Assembly (NCBI GenBank): GCA_020430425.1
Contig: JAGQJW010000002.1
Coordinates: forward strand, 1 to 36,790
DNA from: Nanobdellota archaeon
GTDB lineage: Archaea; Nanobdellota; Nanobdellia; Woesearchaeales; SKGA01
DNA: 36,790 nucleotides
Direction: 5' to 3'
Each line of letters starts with the position of its first letter. Positions within the stretch are counted from its first letter, which is position 1. Made by a program: the position numbers and the translations under genes. The notes under the pieces were generated by a model that saw only the letters and a list, made by a program, of their open reading frames with translations, was not told where the DNA came from and did not search any database. Positions 24,656 through 33,481 of this stretch are shown here, piece after piece.

Positions 24656-25216
24656 TTACTTCTCGATGATAAACACTCGTTGCATAACATCTCCTTGTCG
24701 GAGATTCTCTACCACGTCCATTCCTTGTACGACCCGGCCAAAGATGGCATAGGAACCGTCAAGATGAGGTGCGGCCTCTAAAGTAATATAGAACTGACTT
24801 GATGCGCTATTAGGATCGGAACTTCGTGCCATAGCAAGTACGCCCTTGTCGTGCTTGAGACCTTCAACAATCTCCAAAGGAATGGTAGTACCACTTCCTC
24901 CTGTTCCATCACCATCAGGATCCCCTCCTTGAATGACAAAGCCTGGAACGTATCGGTGAAATGTCAGTCCATCATAGAAACCACTCCTGACCAGATCAAG
25001 AAAGTTCTTTGCGGTGACCGGCACCTGTTCTTCATAAATCTCTGCGATAATGACGCCTTTATTCGTATCTATCTGCACTAATTGTTTTCCCATAGTATCA
25101 TCTCGAACAGTATTTGCTGTTATCTGGCTTGAAAAATCTGATTGATGAGCAATCAAAACAGACAGCACTACAATGATTGCCGCCACGGTCAAGATAAAGA
25201 TTCCTTTATTTTCCAT
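24656..25216 (-). CDS. Cyclophilin-type peptidyl-prolyl cis-trans isomerase with N-terminal signal/anchor
   Basis: FHRYVPGFVIQGGDP...GVLAMARSSDPNSASSQFYITL...HLDGSYAIFGRVVQGMDVV. The N-terminal hydrophobic helix is IFILTVAAIIVVLSVLIA. Confidence 0.9.
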   Translation of the reverse strand: MENKGIFILTVAAIIVVLSVLIAHQSDFSSQITANTVRDDTMGKQLVQIDTNKGVIIAEIYEEQVPVTAKNFLDLVRSGFYDGLTFHRYVPGFVIQGGDPDGDGTGGSGTTIPLEIVEGLKHDKGVLAMARSSDPNSASSQFYITLEAAPHLDGSYAIFGRVVQGMDVVENLRQGDVMQRVFIIEK

Positions 25217-25217
25217 C

Positions 25218-25802
25218 TTATTTACCTTTCATCTGGATGTCATACAAGATATCCTGAGTTTTAGAAAGATTATATTTTAATCCTTCTATCTTCTTTCTCA
25301 TATCAATCCCTCGAAAATCAATGGTCAAAAATAATCCCATCAACTCTTCTAGAGCGATGCTTATCCGTTCGACCTCCTTGAACTCTTTCTCGGTGGCTAA
25401 TTTGAGAGCTCTTCTGGCAAGCTCACCAGAACAGTCGCACAGTCCTGCAAGATAAATGTCTGCAGGAACCTCCAGCTCCTTTGTCAAAGGAAATGATCCT
25501 GATTCAATAAATGAGAGGTAGCATTGAGCCTCTACATATTCTTCCAGTGCGGCAGCGTATGCTCCTACTTCCTTTGCATCATATCTCTTAAGAAGGGCTC
25601 TTACTTTTGACCGTTGTTTTTTTGCCTGCAAGAGAAGCTGTCTTGCTTTCTTGATCTCATTTCGATGCAAAGCATAGATCGCTTGCTTAGAGGGTTTAAG
25701 AATATCTCGTGAAAGGGTGATGATCTGATCCCTGATCAGGTCATTTTTCTTGTAGTCGTTTTGGATACGAGAAAATTCCTTTTGCAAACCGCTCTGTGCC
25801 AT
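25218..25802 (-). CDS. Translin-family protein (archaeal translin-like)
   Basis: All-helical, 194 aa. EEYVEAQCYLSFIESGSFP...ADIYLAGLCDCSGELARRAL matches the translin pattern E-EyvEa..f...YllGl.DltGEL.R. Confidence 0.65.
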   Translation of the reverse strand: MAQSGLQKEFSRIQNDYKKNDLIRDQIITLSRDILKPSKQAIYALHRNEIKKARQLLLQAKKQRSKVRALLKRYDAKEVGAYAAALEEYVEAQCYLSFIESGSFPLTKELEVPADIYLAGLCDCSGELARRALKLATEKEFKEVERISIALEELMGLFLTIDFRGIDMRKKIEGLKYNLSKTQDILYDIQMKGK

Positions 25803-25879
25803 GAGAAGCGATAATCCTTTCCGATTTATAAAACCTCACCAAAACACCTTTTCAAAGCGCTTCTCGTTCCACCGTAACG

Positions 25880-25887
25880 TTTATATA
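25880..25887 (+). promoter_or_regulatory. TATA box (TTTATATA) about 26 nt upstream of the ATG at 25910
   Basis: Motif and spacing. First gene of the membrane-protein triplet. Confidence 0.5.
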
Positions 25888-25909
25888 CTCTCTTCGCTGC
25901 GTTGGACCT

Positions 25910-26488
25910 ATGGCAGCAACAGTTCTTGGCGGTACCATTGAGTTCATGGCTCAGCTAGGAATCTATGATATCATCCTGCCTTTTCTTCTGGTCTTCACCC
26001 TGATGTTTGCCACTCTTGAAAAGACTAAACTGCTTGGTGTGGAAATCATAGTAGACAAATCGGGGAAAGAACATTCCTATACTAGAAAGAACCTCAACAG
26101 CATCATCGCGTTCACCACGGCTTTTTTTGTCATCGCTTCAGCACAGCTGGTGCGTATCATCAGTGAAGTCATCGCAAACACCATGATTCTTCTTGTCACC
26201 GGACTCAGTTTCATGCTAGCTGTCGGACTTTCTCACTCTGGACAAGATGAATTCAAGCTCTCAAAGCTCGGCAAGGGCTGGGAGATAGGATTCTGGATAG
26301 CAAACCTCGTTGGAATCATTCTCATCTTTCTCAACGCTATCGGTTGGCTTGACAAGATCTATCAGTTCGTCACTCAAGGACTCAAGAATCCTCAAACCCT
26401 CTCCATCTTCCTCATCTTGGTTTTCGTGGGACTCATGGTCTGGATCACTTCAAGCCCTAAGAACAAACCAGAACGAAGCGATGATTAG
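25910..26488 (+). CDS. Multi-pass membrane protein, paralog 1 of 3 (unknown family)
   Basis: N-terminal motif LGIYDIILPFLLVFTLMFATLEKTKLLG, four to five TM helices and a basic/acidic C-terminal tail. Confidence 0.7.
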   Translation: MAATVLGGTIEFMAQLGIYDIILPFLLVFTLMFATLEKTKLLGVEIIVDKSGKEHSYTRKNLNSIIAFTTAFFVIASAQLVRIISEVIANTMILLVTGLSFMLAVGLSHSGQDEFKLSKLGKGWEIGFWIANLVGIILIFLNAIGWLDKIYQFVTQGLKNPQTLSIFLILVFVGLMVWITSSPKNKPERSDD

Positions 26489-26593
26489 ACTTTTTCTTGA
26501 GAATCAGCTTCTGTTTATAAGGTAATTTACCGAAAGGTTTTAAAAGGAAGACACCAATAAAGAACCTAAAGGAACTCGTGTGAGGCGATACAT

Positions 26594-27184
26594 ATGTATG
26601 GTTTAGGCTTTGATAATATGATTTTTACTCTTCAACAATGGGGCGTCATAGATGTAATTCTGCCCTTCATCCTGATCTTCACCATTGTCTTTGCGGTGAT
26701 GGAAAAGACCAAGATCCTTGGCAGTGAAGACTATCAGGTGCGAAAATACGCTGCAATCATCTCAATGGTGGTGGCTTTTGCAGTTGTCGTTCCGCATATC
26801 ACCGGTGCATACTACTATGGATTTGATGCTGTACAGGTCATCAACAATGCACTTCCGCAAGTGGGTCTTCTTCTTGTGGCAATCGTTATGATGCTTTTGA
26901 CTATCGGACTCTGGACGGGTAAACGTGCAGACGGCTCAAAAGGAATCGGTACTTGGTTCACTATGGCATCCGTTGTGGTCGTTATCGGAATCTTCATCGC
27001 AAGCATGGGCTGGTGGCAAGTGCCTCAGTGGCTCTGGTTCTCATTGAACAGCGAACTCATTGCTTTGGTCGTTGCAATCCTCGTGTTTGGAATCATCATC
27101 AATTTCATCGCACAAGGAGAGAAGAAACCCGACAAGGACAAGAAGCCTCTTTCAAAAGACATCCAAGAGTTTCTTCAGGGATGA
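26594..27184 (+). CDS. Multi-pass membrane protein, paralog 2 of 3 (unknown family)
   Basis: N-terminal motif WGVIDVILPFILIFTIVFAVMEKTKILG is nearly identical in pattern to paralog 1. Same topology, with a Lys-rich tail. Confidence 0.7.
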   Translation: MYGLGFDNMIFTLQQWGVIDVILPFILIFTIVFAVMEKTKILGSEDYQVRKYAAIISMVVAFAVVVPHITGAYYYGFDAVQVINNALPQVGLLLVAIVMMLLTIGLWTGKRADGSKGIGTWFTMASVVVVIGIFIASMGWWQVPQWLWFSLNSELIALVVAILVFGIIINFIAQGEKKPDKDKKPLSKDIQEFLQG

Positions 27185-27224
27185 TTCTTTCCCTTTTTTT
27201 ATTTTATAATGGTTGAGGAATAGT

Positions 27225-27884
27225 ATGGCAACATTTTTGGACGTATCACTATTTGGCTACTTCGGTTCTATCTTCATTTTCCTATTCGTCTTTGCGATTG
27301 TCTGGGGAATCCTTACTTGGGCAAAAATCTTCAAGGGCGTACCAGGAGAGAAAGGAATCTATGGACTAGTTGCACTTTCAATAGGCCTTATCGTCATGAT
27401 CTCAAGCGACACGTCAACACTCATCGCGACCATGGCACCTTGGTTTGCCGTTCTCATGATCTTTGTCTTTCTGGTCTTTCTCATCTTTCGGATGTTCTCA
27501 GGAGACGATCACAGCCAACTATCAAGTGCCATAAAATCGCCAGGAGTCTACTGGACACTCATCGTCCTTTCAGTCATCATCTTGCTTGCAAGCCTCTCTT
27601 CAACCTTTGGACAGCGACTGCTTGATGACGGTCAAGGAACAACTACCAGCGTCAATATAGACTCTAGAAATGAAGTGACTAATCCGCAGGAAATTACTGA
27701 TGGAACAACATCTACGACCACGACGACAACAGATGCTGTATCTGGCTCGACGGCAACCAATAGCTTTAGCGATAATGTCCTCTCAACGATCACCCATCCA
27801 AAAGTCCTAGGACTCATCATGATGATGTTCATATCCTTTTTTGCAATCCTTCTGATTGCACGATCACAGGATCCAAACGTATAA
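27225..27884 (+). CDS. Multi-pass membrane protein, divergent paralog 3 of 3, with a Thr-rich extracytoplasmic linker
   Basis: ORF 27213 (TTG) trimmed to the ATG at 27225, which has a GAGG Shine-Dalgarno sequence 7 nt upstream. FGYFGSIFIFLFVFAIVWGILTWAKIFKG aligns with the paralog motif. A low-complexity stretch TDGTTSTTTTTTDAVSGSTATNS precedes the last TM helix. Confidence 0.68.
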   Translation: MATFLDVSLFGYFGSIFIFLFVFAIVWGILTWAKIFKGVPGEKGIYGLVALSIGLIVMISSDTSTLIATMAPWFAVLMIFVFLVFLIFRMFSGDDHSQLSSAIKSPGVYWTLIVLSVIILLASLSSTFGQRLLDDGQGTTTSVNIDSRNEVTNPQEITDGTTSTTTTTTDAVSGSTATNSFSDNVLSTITHPKVLGLIMMMFISFFAILLIARSQDPNV

Positions 27885-27888
27885 TAAA

Positions 27889-28329
27889 ATGGCAGACCCT
27901 TTACCTATCAACCAACTCCCGAACATGGGGCAAGCACCTTCGATGTCAGGAGGCTTTCAGTCATCTGGAGGTCAACCTCTGCAGACGTTCTCTGATCCTC
28001 ACACTACTGCAACCAATGAAGAACTCATTGAAGCGATCATCGATGAAAAATGGAACGAGCTCCTTAAGGACGTCAACAAGATCATCGAGTGGAAAAATCA
28101 GACGGAGACAAGAGTCACCACGATCGAACAAGAGATCAAGGATATGAAAGACCAGTTCGATAAGCTGCATCAAGCACTTCTTGGAAAGATCGGCGAGTAT
28201 GATAAACACATTCTTGATATCGGAACAGAAATACAGTCCATGGAAAAGGTATTCGCTAAAGTGCTTCCTGTCTTCACCCAAAATGTCTCAGAGCTTTCTA
28301 GAATAACTGATGATCTCAAACAACGATAG
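27889..28329 (+). CDS. Coiled-coil protein with a disordered Gly/Gln/Ser/Pro-rich N-terminus (unknown function)
   Basis: ORF 27856 (TTG) overlaps the upstream gene, so the ATG at 27889 is preferred; it lies 4 nt after the upstream stop. Heptad-like helical sequence runs from EELIEAIIDEKWNELLKDVNKIIEWKNQ onward. Confidence 0.62.
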   Translation: MADPLPINQLPNMGQAPSMSGGFQSSGGQPLQTFSDPHTTATNEELIEAIIDEKWNELLKDVNKIIEWKNQTETRVTTIEQEIKDMKDQFDKLHQALLGKIGEYDKHILDIGTEIQSMEKVFAKVLPVFTQNVSELSRITDDLKQR

Positions 28330-28331
28330 GA

Positions 28332-28811
28332 TCATTCATGATGCTGTTCGTGCACTTCTTTTCCCTGATCTTTTTGATGGAACCTTTTTCTTAAGAAATC
28401 ATTCACTTCCTTTCTCGTTACAAAATCAACCGGCTGCCAATACTCAACATATTTCTGAATGACCTTGAGCTCATTTCTTGATGCGAAATTCTCAATCTCA
28501 TCACTAAGCATGCTGACTTTCTCAAAAATATCCCTCATCTTCAACTTGATCTCAGCGATATCATCATTGATGATGCGCAAATCATCATAATGGTTTTTTT
28601 CCACCTCAACAATATTATGTTCTGTTGTCTGGGATTTTTTTCGCAGAGTGCCGTACCGTTCCTCAAGAATCTTTAATCTTGTTGCAACGTTATTGAGCTG
28701 AGAACCTGCAAGAGCCATCTCTTTTGCATCTTCTTTTGTCCCTTCATTCTTATGTCTGGCAACATGCTCTTTTGGATCAGGTTGATTAGGAAACAATTCA
28801 GGCTCGACCAT
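28332..28811 (-). CDS. Coiled-coil protein with a disordered charged N-terminus (unknown function)
   Basis: LNNVATRLKILEERYGTLRKK...IAEIKLKMRDIFEKVSMLSDEIENFASRNELKVIQKYVEYWQPVDFVTRKEV. A TATA box lies about 28 nt upstream of the ATG. Confidence 0.62.
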   Translation of the reverse strand: MVEPELFPNQPDPKEHVARHKNEGTKEDAKEMALAGSQLNNVATRLKILEERYGTLRKKSQTTEHNIVEVEKNHYDDLRIINDDIAEIKLKMRDIFEKVSMLSDEIENFASRNELKVIQKYVEYWQPVDFVTRKEVNDFLRKRFHQKDQGKEVHEQHHE

Positions 28812-28833
28812 ATGCTTTCTCTAAGAACTCTTC

Positions 28834-28845
28834 TCATATAAATGA
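28834..28845 (-). promoter_or_regulatory. TATA box (minus strand CATTTATATGAG) about 28 nt upstream of the start at 28811
   Basis: Motif and spacing. Confidence 0.45.
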
Positions 28846-28957
28846 ATTGTTTTTACTAAAAAGTAGCCAAACAACCCCTTCTTTAGCATGGTGTGCGCCT
28901 TTTATGCAAAGACATATAAACGCTCTTTGCCCTTATTCTCATAAAAGGGTGAGGTAA

Positions 28958-31252
28958 GTGCCGGATACTAAACTCAAGTATGATGTAATTAGAGAGGGGG
29001 ATGACGTAGTTCTTGTCGTTGACTATAGCAATCGAGGTAGGATTCCCTCTATCGAAGACGATGAAATCACCATGTCCGAGACCATGACCATGCTCTTGGA
29101 GAACCAGACGGCAACAAGAATCATCTTCTCACAAAAACACGATTATGAATACGATTTCTCTCAAGTCACACTTATCTTAGAGCTAGCAAGGTTGTATGCG
29201 AAACTGGTGCGAAATAAAGAACTTTTCAGTTATCCGGCGCTCGCCCAGAACATCGCCGCTTCCTTGCTAGCATCTAAGTATAACGAACTGCATAACATTC
29301 TGTTTGCAGAACTCAAGAAGGATCCTCTTGCCTGCTATGTGCTGCTACGTCGGATCAGAAGAAGAGAACAGATCCAGCTTGACAAAGAAATCGATGAAGA
29401 CCTGATTGCAAGCCTCAAACATTATGTCGGATTGCTTGATTACATCCTCCAGCTTCTTGAAGGAACAAAACTGCTCACCGTTGCAAGACCTTACCTTGAA
29501 GGATATCAAGTGGGAACCCGAGATGTCTACAGAAGAATCTTCACTCCCCTCATCAAGCCCGATTTCATGTTCACCAAACTCATGGCAGCATACCCGAAGA
29601 ATGCCATCGAACTAGAGAACTATACTCTTGAAGGCGACATCGAGATCATTGTCTTTGAACTGCCCGATACCGTCCAATATCTGTATCATGTCATGCCACC
29701 CGAGTTCAAGCTCAACGAGGATCAGTACGAACTTTTAGATACGGCAAGAAAAATTCTTAGCGAACACACTCCGGATCAAGATGAATTCACTGATCCTGCA
29801 AGGATGAGAGATGTCTTCTACCATGTGGGAAAGGATCTGCTTGTTGAACTCTCAGAATATCGAGAGATGAATCTCAAGGATGAAGAAGTGGAGAATCTTG
29901 CAAAGATACTCGTACGTTACACTGTTGGCTTTGGTCTGATAGAAGTGCTTCTTGCCGATGAGAATATGCAGGATATTTCCGTGAACAGCCCTGCAGGAGA
30001 ATTACCCATCTTCATAGTCCATGCAGACTATGATGACTGCATCACCAACATCTATCCGACACCAAGCGATGCAGAAAGCTGGGCATCAAAGCTTCGGCTC
30101 ATCAGTGGACGACCATTGGATGAGGCAAACCCTATCCTTGACACTGAACTGGAACTTCCTGGGGCAAGCATTCGAACCTCAACCATCACAAAACCGCTTG
30201 ATCCAACAGGCATCGCGTTCTCCTTTCGACGACACCGAGACAAGCCATGGACGCTTCCGCTTTTCCTCAAGTATCAGATGATCACTCCCCTTGCTGCTGG
30301 TCTGCTTTCTTTTCTCATTGACGGAACGAGAAGCATGCTCATCTGCGGAACGAGAAGCAGCGGAAAAAGCAGTTTTCTCTCAAGCCTCCTTGTTGAGATC
30401 ATGAGACGACACCGAATCATTACCATCGAAGACACTTTAGAACTACCAACAAAGTCACTTCGACAACTAGGTTTCAACATACAACCGATGAAAGTAGCAA
30501 GCGCTCTTGCCAAAAGCGGTGATGAGTTCAGCGCGGAAGATGGCATTCGAAGCACGTTACGATTAGGAGACTCTGCTCTGATTGTAGGAGAGGTTCGAAG
30601 CGGAGAAGCAAAAGCACTCTATGAAGCAATGAGAGTAGGTGCAGCTGCAAATGTAGTTGCAGGAACAATCCACGGAGACAGCCCTTTTGGAGTATTCGAT
30701 CGACTGGTGAATGATATCGGTATTCCAAAAACATCCTTTAAGGCAACAGACATCATCGTCATCGCAAACCCTATCAAATCAGCAGATGGATTGCACAAGC
30801 TTCGACGAGTGCTCCAGATTACTGAGGTAAGAAAAGACTGGCAGGATGATCCTTCAAGTGAACACGGTTTTGTCGACCTGATGAAATACAATGCAGCAAC
30901 AGACCAATTAGAGCCTACTCCTGAGCTGCTCAATGGAGAGAGCGACATCCTCAAAGATATTGCCTCAAAAGTAAAAGAATATACGGGCAATTGGGATGCT
31001 ATGTGGGAGAACATCATCCTTCGAGGAAAGCTCAAAGAGCGGATCCTTGAGCTCAGTGAGAAGGAGAAGATGCCTGAACTTCTTGAAGCAGCTTTTGTTA
31101 TCCTCGCAAATGACATGTTCCACAAAACGGTGGAACGGGTCATCAAACGATCTGGAAAGACGGATAACGATCTCATCTATTTTGAATGGGATGACTGGTT
31201 GACTAAAGAAATAAAACGAATGAAACTGAAAAATGGACGAGAAAGCATATGA
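28958..31252 (+). CDS. Type II/IV secretion / type IV filament assembly ATPase (FlaI/GspE/VirB11 superfamily), oversized at 764 aa
   Basis: GTG start with a GGTGAGG Shine-Dalgarno sequence. YTVGFGLIEVLLADENMQDISVNSP, Walker A GTRSSGKS (nt 30347-30370), Asp box IITIEDTLEL, Walker B ALIVGEVRSGEA and His box GTIHGDSP. There is an N-terminal extension of about 300 aa and a C-terminal extension of about 130 aa. Confidence 0.88.
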   Translation: MPDTKLKYDVIREGDDVVLVVDYSNRGRIPSIEDDEITMSETMTMLLENQTATRIIFSQKHDYEYDFSQVTLILELARLYAKLVRNKELFSYPALAQNIAASLLASKYNELHNILFAELKKDPLACYVLLRRIRRREQIQLDKEIDEDLIASLKHYVGLLDYILQLLEGTKLLTVARPYLEGYQVGTRDVYRRIFTPLIKPDFMFTKLMAAYPKNAIELENYTLEGDIEIIVFELPDTVQYLYHVMPPEFKLNEDQYELLDTARKILSEHTPDQDEFTDPARMRDVFYHVGKDLLVELSEYREMNLKDEEVENLAKILVRYTVGFGLIEVLLADENMQDISVNSPAGELPIFIVHADYDDCITNIYPTPSDAESWASKLRLISGRPLDEANPILDTELELPGASIRTSTITKPLDPTGIAFSFRRHRDKPWTLPLFLKYQMITPLAAGLLSFLIDGTRSMLICGTRSSGKSSFLSSLLVEIMRRHRIITIEDTLELPTKSLRQLGFNIQPMKVASALAKSGDEFSAEDGIRSTLRLGDSALIVGEVRSGEAKALYEAMRVGAAANVVAGTIHGDSPFGVFDRLVNDIGIPKTSFKATDIIVIANPIKSADGLHKLRRVLQITEVRKDWQDDPSSEHGFVDLMKYNAATDQLEPTPELLNGESDILKDIASKVKEYTGNWDAMWENIILRGKLKERILELSEKEKMPELLEAAFVILANDMFHKTVERVIKRSGKTDNDLIYFEWDDWLTKEIKRMKLKNGRESI

Positions 31253-33452
31253 TCAGGTAGCATCTCTTTTCAAGGAGCGATTAGAGGATGAGCTTGCAGG
31301 AAAGAAACCTCAAGAAGAAACTGAGATAGAGTCTCGTGCCTATGATGAGTTCAAACAGCAATACCTCCCCAAGCATCTGAGCTTCTATGAGAAGATCTGT
31401 CAGTTCTCTGAAAAGACCTTACCAATGAAACCGCAGGAAAAAGATGTTCCTAAACTGCAAGAAGCTATCAATACCTGTCACCTCAACACGTCTCCAACTG
31501 GAATCTATAGTTCTTCTTTTGTCATCCCTTTAGGCATAGTCCTATTTGCGATAGTCTTCTTTTTCATGCTTCCTGTCCTTTTTGGAGGATTTCCCAACAT
31601 GTTCTTTATCATCTTCAGCCTCCTTGTAGCAGTGGGTCTGATGATCCCCCTACAGAAGCTTCCTTTTATCCTCGCAAACAGATGGCGACTCAAGGCAAGC
31701 AACCAGATGGTCCTTGCTATCTTCTACATGGTCACCTATATGCGACACACGTCAAACATAGAAAATGCGATCAACTTTGCAGCAGAACATCTTGCTCCAC
31801 CTCTCTCTTTAGATCTGCGAAAAGTCATGTGGGACGTAGAGACCCAGACCTATGACTCCATGAAAAACTCTCTTGATGCGTATCTACTTCGATGGAAAGA
31901 TTATAATATGGAGTTTGTCGAGAGCATCCACCTCATCCAATCAAGCCTTATGGAATCATCGAATGACCGCCGACTCAATAGCCTTGACAAGGCACTCACC
32001 GTCATCCTTGATGAGACTTTTGAGAAGATGCTGCACTATGCCCATGGACTCAAGGGACCGCTTACTACCTTGAATATGCTTGGAGTAGTACTTCCGATCC
32101 TTACTCTAGTCATCTTGCCACTGGTAGTGAGTTTCATGGATGGCTTTCGATGGTACCACCTCTTTGCCATCTACAATATTGCATTACCTGCTCTTGTCTA
32201 CTCATTAGGTATGAGCATCCTCACCACAAGACCTGGTGGCTCTGGACAGGAAGACATCACCAAGAAAAACCCCGAGCTCAAAAAATATCAAAACGTCGTA
32301 GTGACTGTGGGACAAAAGGAGCAGTACATCAAACCGATATATCTCTCACTCGCATTAGCTATTTTTCTTCTTTTCATCGGGTTCCTTCCTCTTCTCTGGT
32401 CAGCAGTAGGCTTTCCTGATTACGGTATCGTCAAGGATTCTGGAAGGGTCCGGATCATGGATATTGAAACTGCTAAGGCCGATGGTTGGACCGTACAGTA
32501 TTACTTTCTGGGATATCGAGAACGAGATGCTACAGGAGAACTCGTAGGTCCTTTTGGTCTTGGAGCAATGCTCTTGAGTCTTATGATCCCTCTAGGGATA
32601 GGATACAGTACAGGACTCTACTATAAGTATCGTACCCAGCATATCGTAAAGGTAAGAGAACAGGCAAAGAAACTGGAGCTGGAATTCTCAGGAGCACTTT
32701 TTCAGCTAGGAAACCGGATCGGTGATGGCATCCCTGCTGAAGCAGCCTTTGGAAGAGTAGCACAGCTCATGCCAGACACGGTCTCTGGAAAATTCTTTAA
32801 CTTAGTCCATGTAAATGTCACTAACTTAGGTATGAGTGTGGAGCAAGCGATCTTTGACAAGGATAAAGGTGCACTCAAGTATTACCCTTCTGACCTCATC
32901 GAGAGCAGCATGAAAGTACTTGTCGAGTCAAGCAAGAAAGGGCCTTTGGTTGCAAGTCAAGCTCTCATCAATGTCTCAGAATATCTTAAGCAGATGCATC
33001 GAGTAGACGAACGGCTCAAGGATCTTCTTGGAGATGTCATCTCTGGAATGAAGAGTCAGGTGTTGTTCTTAACTCCCGTCATTTCAGGAATAGTAGTAGG
33101 AATCACCAGCATGATCACTAAAATATTGGGAACACTAGGAGATAAAGTCAATTCACTAGGAAGCGCTGCAGGAACTGCAGGTGCAGGAGGTGGGGTGCTT
33201 CAGCTCTTTGGTGTAGGAATCCCTTCCTATCATTTTCAGATTGTAGTTGGACTCTATGTCGTACAACTATCCTATATCCTTACCGTCATCGCAAATGGCA
33301 TAGAAAACGGACCGGATAGAATAGGAGAAGAAACTAGTCTAGGAATGCAGATGACCAAATCGATTCTCATCTACACCGGCATCTCTTTTGCAGTGATTCT
33401 CATCTTCAACTTAGTGGCGACTACCATCCTGACAAATGTATCTGGACTATAG
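31233..33452 (+). CDS. FlaJ/TadC/PilC-like polytopic membrane platform protein (two T2SSF-like cytoplasmic domains), oversized at 739 aa
   Basis: Overlaps the ATPase gene by 20 nt. Two helical cytoplasmic modules (NIENAINFAAEHLAPPLSLDLRKVMWDVE... and ELEFSGALFQLGNRIGDGIPAEAAFGRVAQLMPD...) are each flanked by TM helices, as in FlaJ/TadB-C. Confidence 0.68.
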   Translation: MDEKAYDQVASLFKERLEDELAGKKPQEETEIESRAYDEFKQQYLPKHLSFYEKICQFSEKTLPMKPQEKDVPKLQEAINTCHLNTSPTGIYSSSFVIPLGIVLFAIVFFFMLPVLFGGFPNMFFIIFSLLVAVGLMIPLQKLPFILANRWRLKASNQMVLAIFYMVTYMRHTSNIENAINFAAEHLAPPLSLDLRKVMWDVETQTYDSMKNSLDAYLLRWKDYNMEFVESIHLIQSSLMESSNDRRLNSLDKALTVILDETFEKMLHYAHGLKGPLTTLNMLGVVLPILTLVILPLVVSFMDGFRWYHLFAIYNIALPALVYSLGMSILTTRPGGSGQEDITKKNPELKKYQNVVVTVGQKEQYIKPIYLSLALAIFLLFIGFLPLLWSAVGFPDYGIVKDSGRVRIMDIETAKADGWTVQYYFLGYRERDATGELVGPFGLGAMLLSLMIPLGIGYSTGLYYKYRTQHIVKVREQAKKLELEFSGALFQLGNRIGDGIPAEAAFGRVAQLMPDTVSGKFFNLVHVNVTNLGMSVEQAIFDKDKGALKYYPSDLIESSMKVLVESSKKGPLVASQALINVSEYLKQMHRVDERLKDLLGDVISGMKSQVLFLTPVISGIVVGITSMITKILGTLGDKVNSLGSAAGTAGAGGGVLQLFGVGIPSYHFQIVVGLYVVQLSYILTVIANGIENGPDRIGEETSLGMQMTKSILIYTGISFAVILIFNLVATTILTNVSGL

Positions 33453-33481
33453 AACTATTCGATAAAGAAAGTGGCTGCCAA

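Noticed and set aside
27696-27765. Thr/Ser-rich tract as a DNA-level tandem repeat or phase-variable microsatellite
   Set aside because: The codons are mixed (aca, acg, acc, tct, tcg) with no perfect nucleotide repeat unit. It is better explained as a low-complexity and probably glycosylated protein linker.
25910-27884. The three paralogous membrane proteins as type IV pilins or archaellins
   Set aside because: The leaders lack the basic residues of class III signal peptides, and the proteins have four to five TM helices rather than a single N-terminal helix with a globular domain. The Gly-plus-hydrophobic-plus-Asp similarity is kept only as a weak note in the findings.
30619-31176. 185-codon antisense ORF inside the ATPase gene, and similar shadow ORFs (e.g. 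4530..4883, 4552..4905, 12605..12877, 13115..13402, 23957..24283, 24276..24596)
   Set aside because: All lie inside genes with strong motif support on the other strand or frame. Their translations are Ser/Arg/Leu-rich and low in complexity.
31233-31252. The 20-nt overlap between the ATPase and platform genes as a programmed frameshift or fusion
   Set aside because: No slippery heptamer is present, and an in-frame ATG starts the downstream protein. Short overlaps are common throughout this window, so this is ordinary translational coupling.
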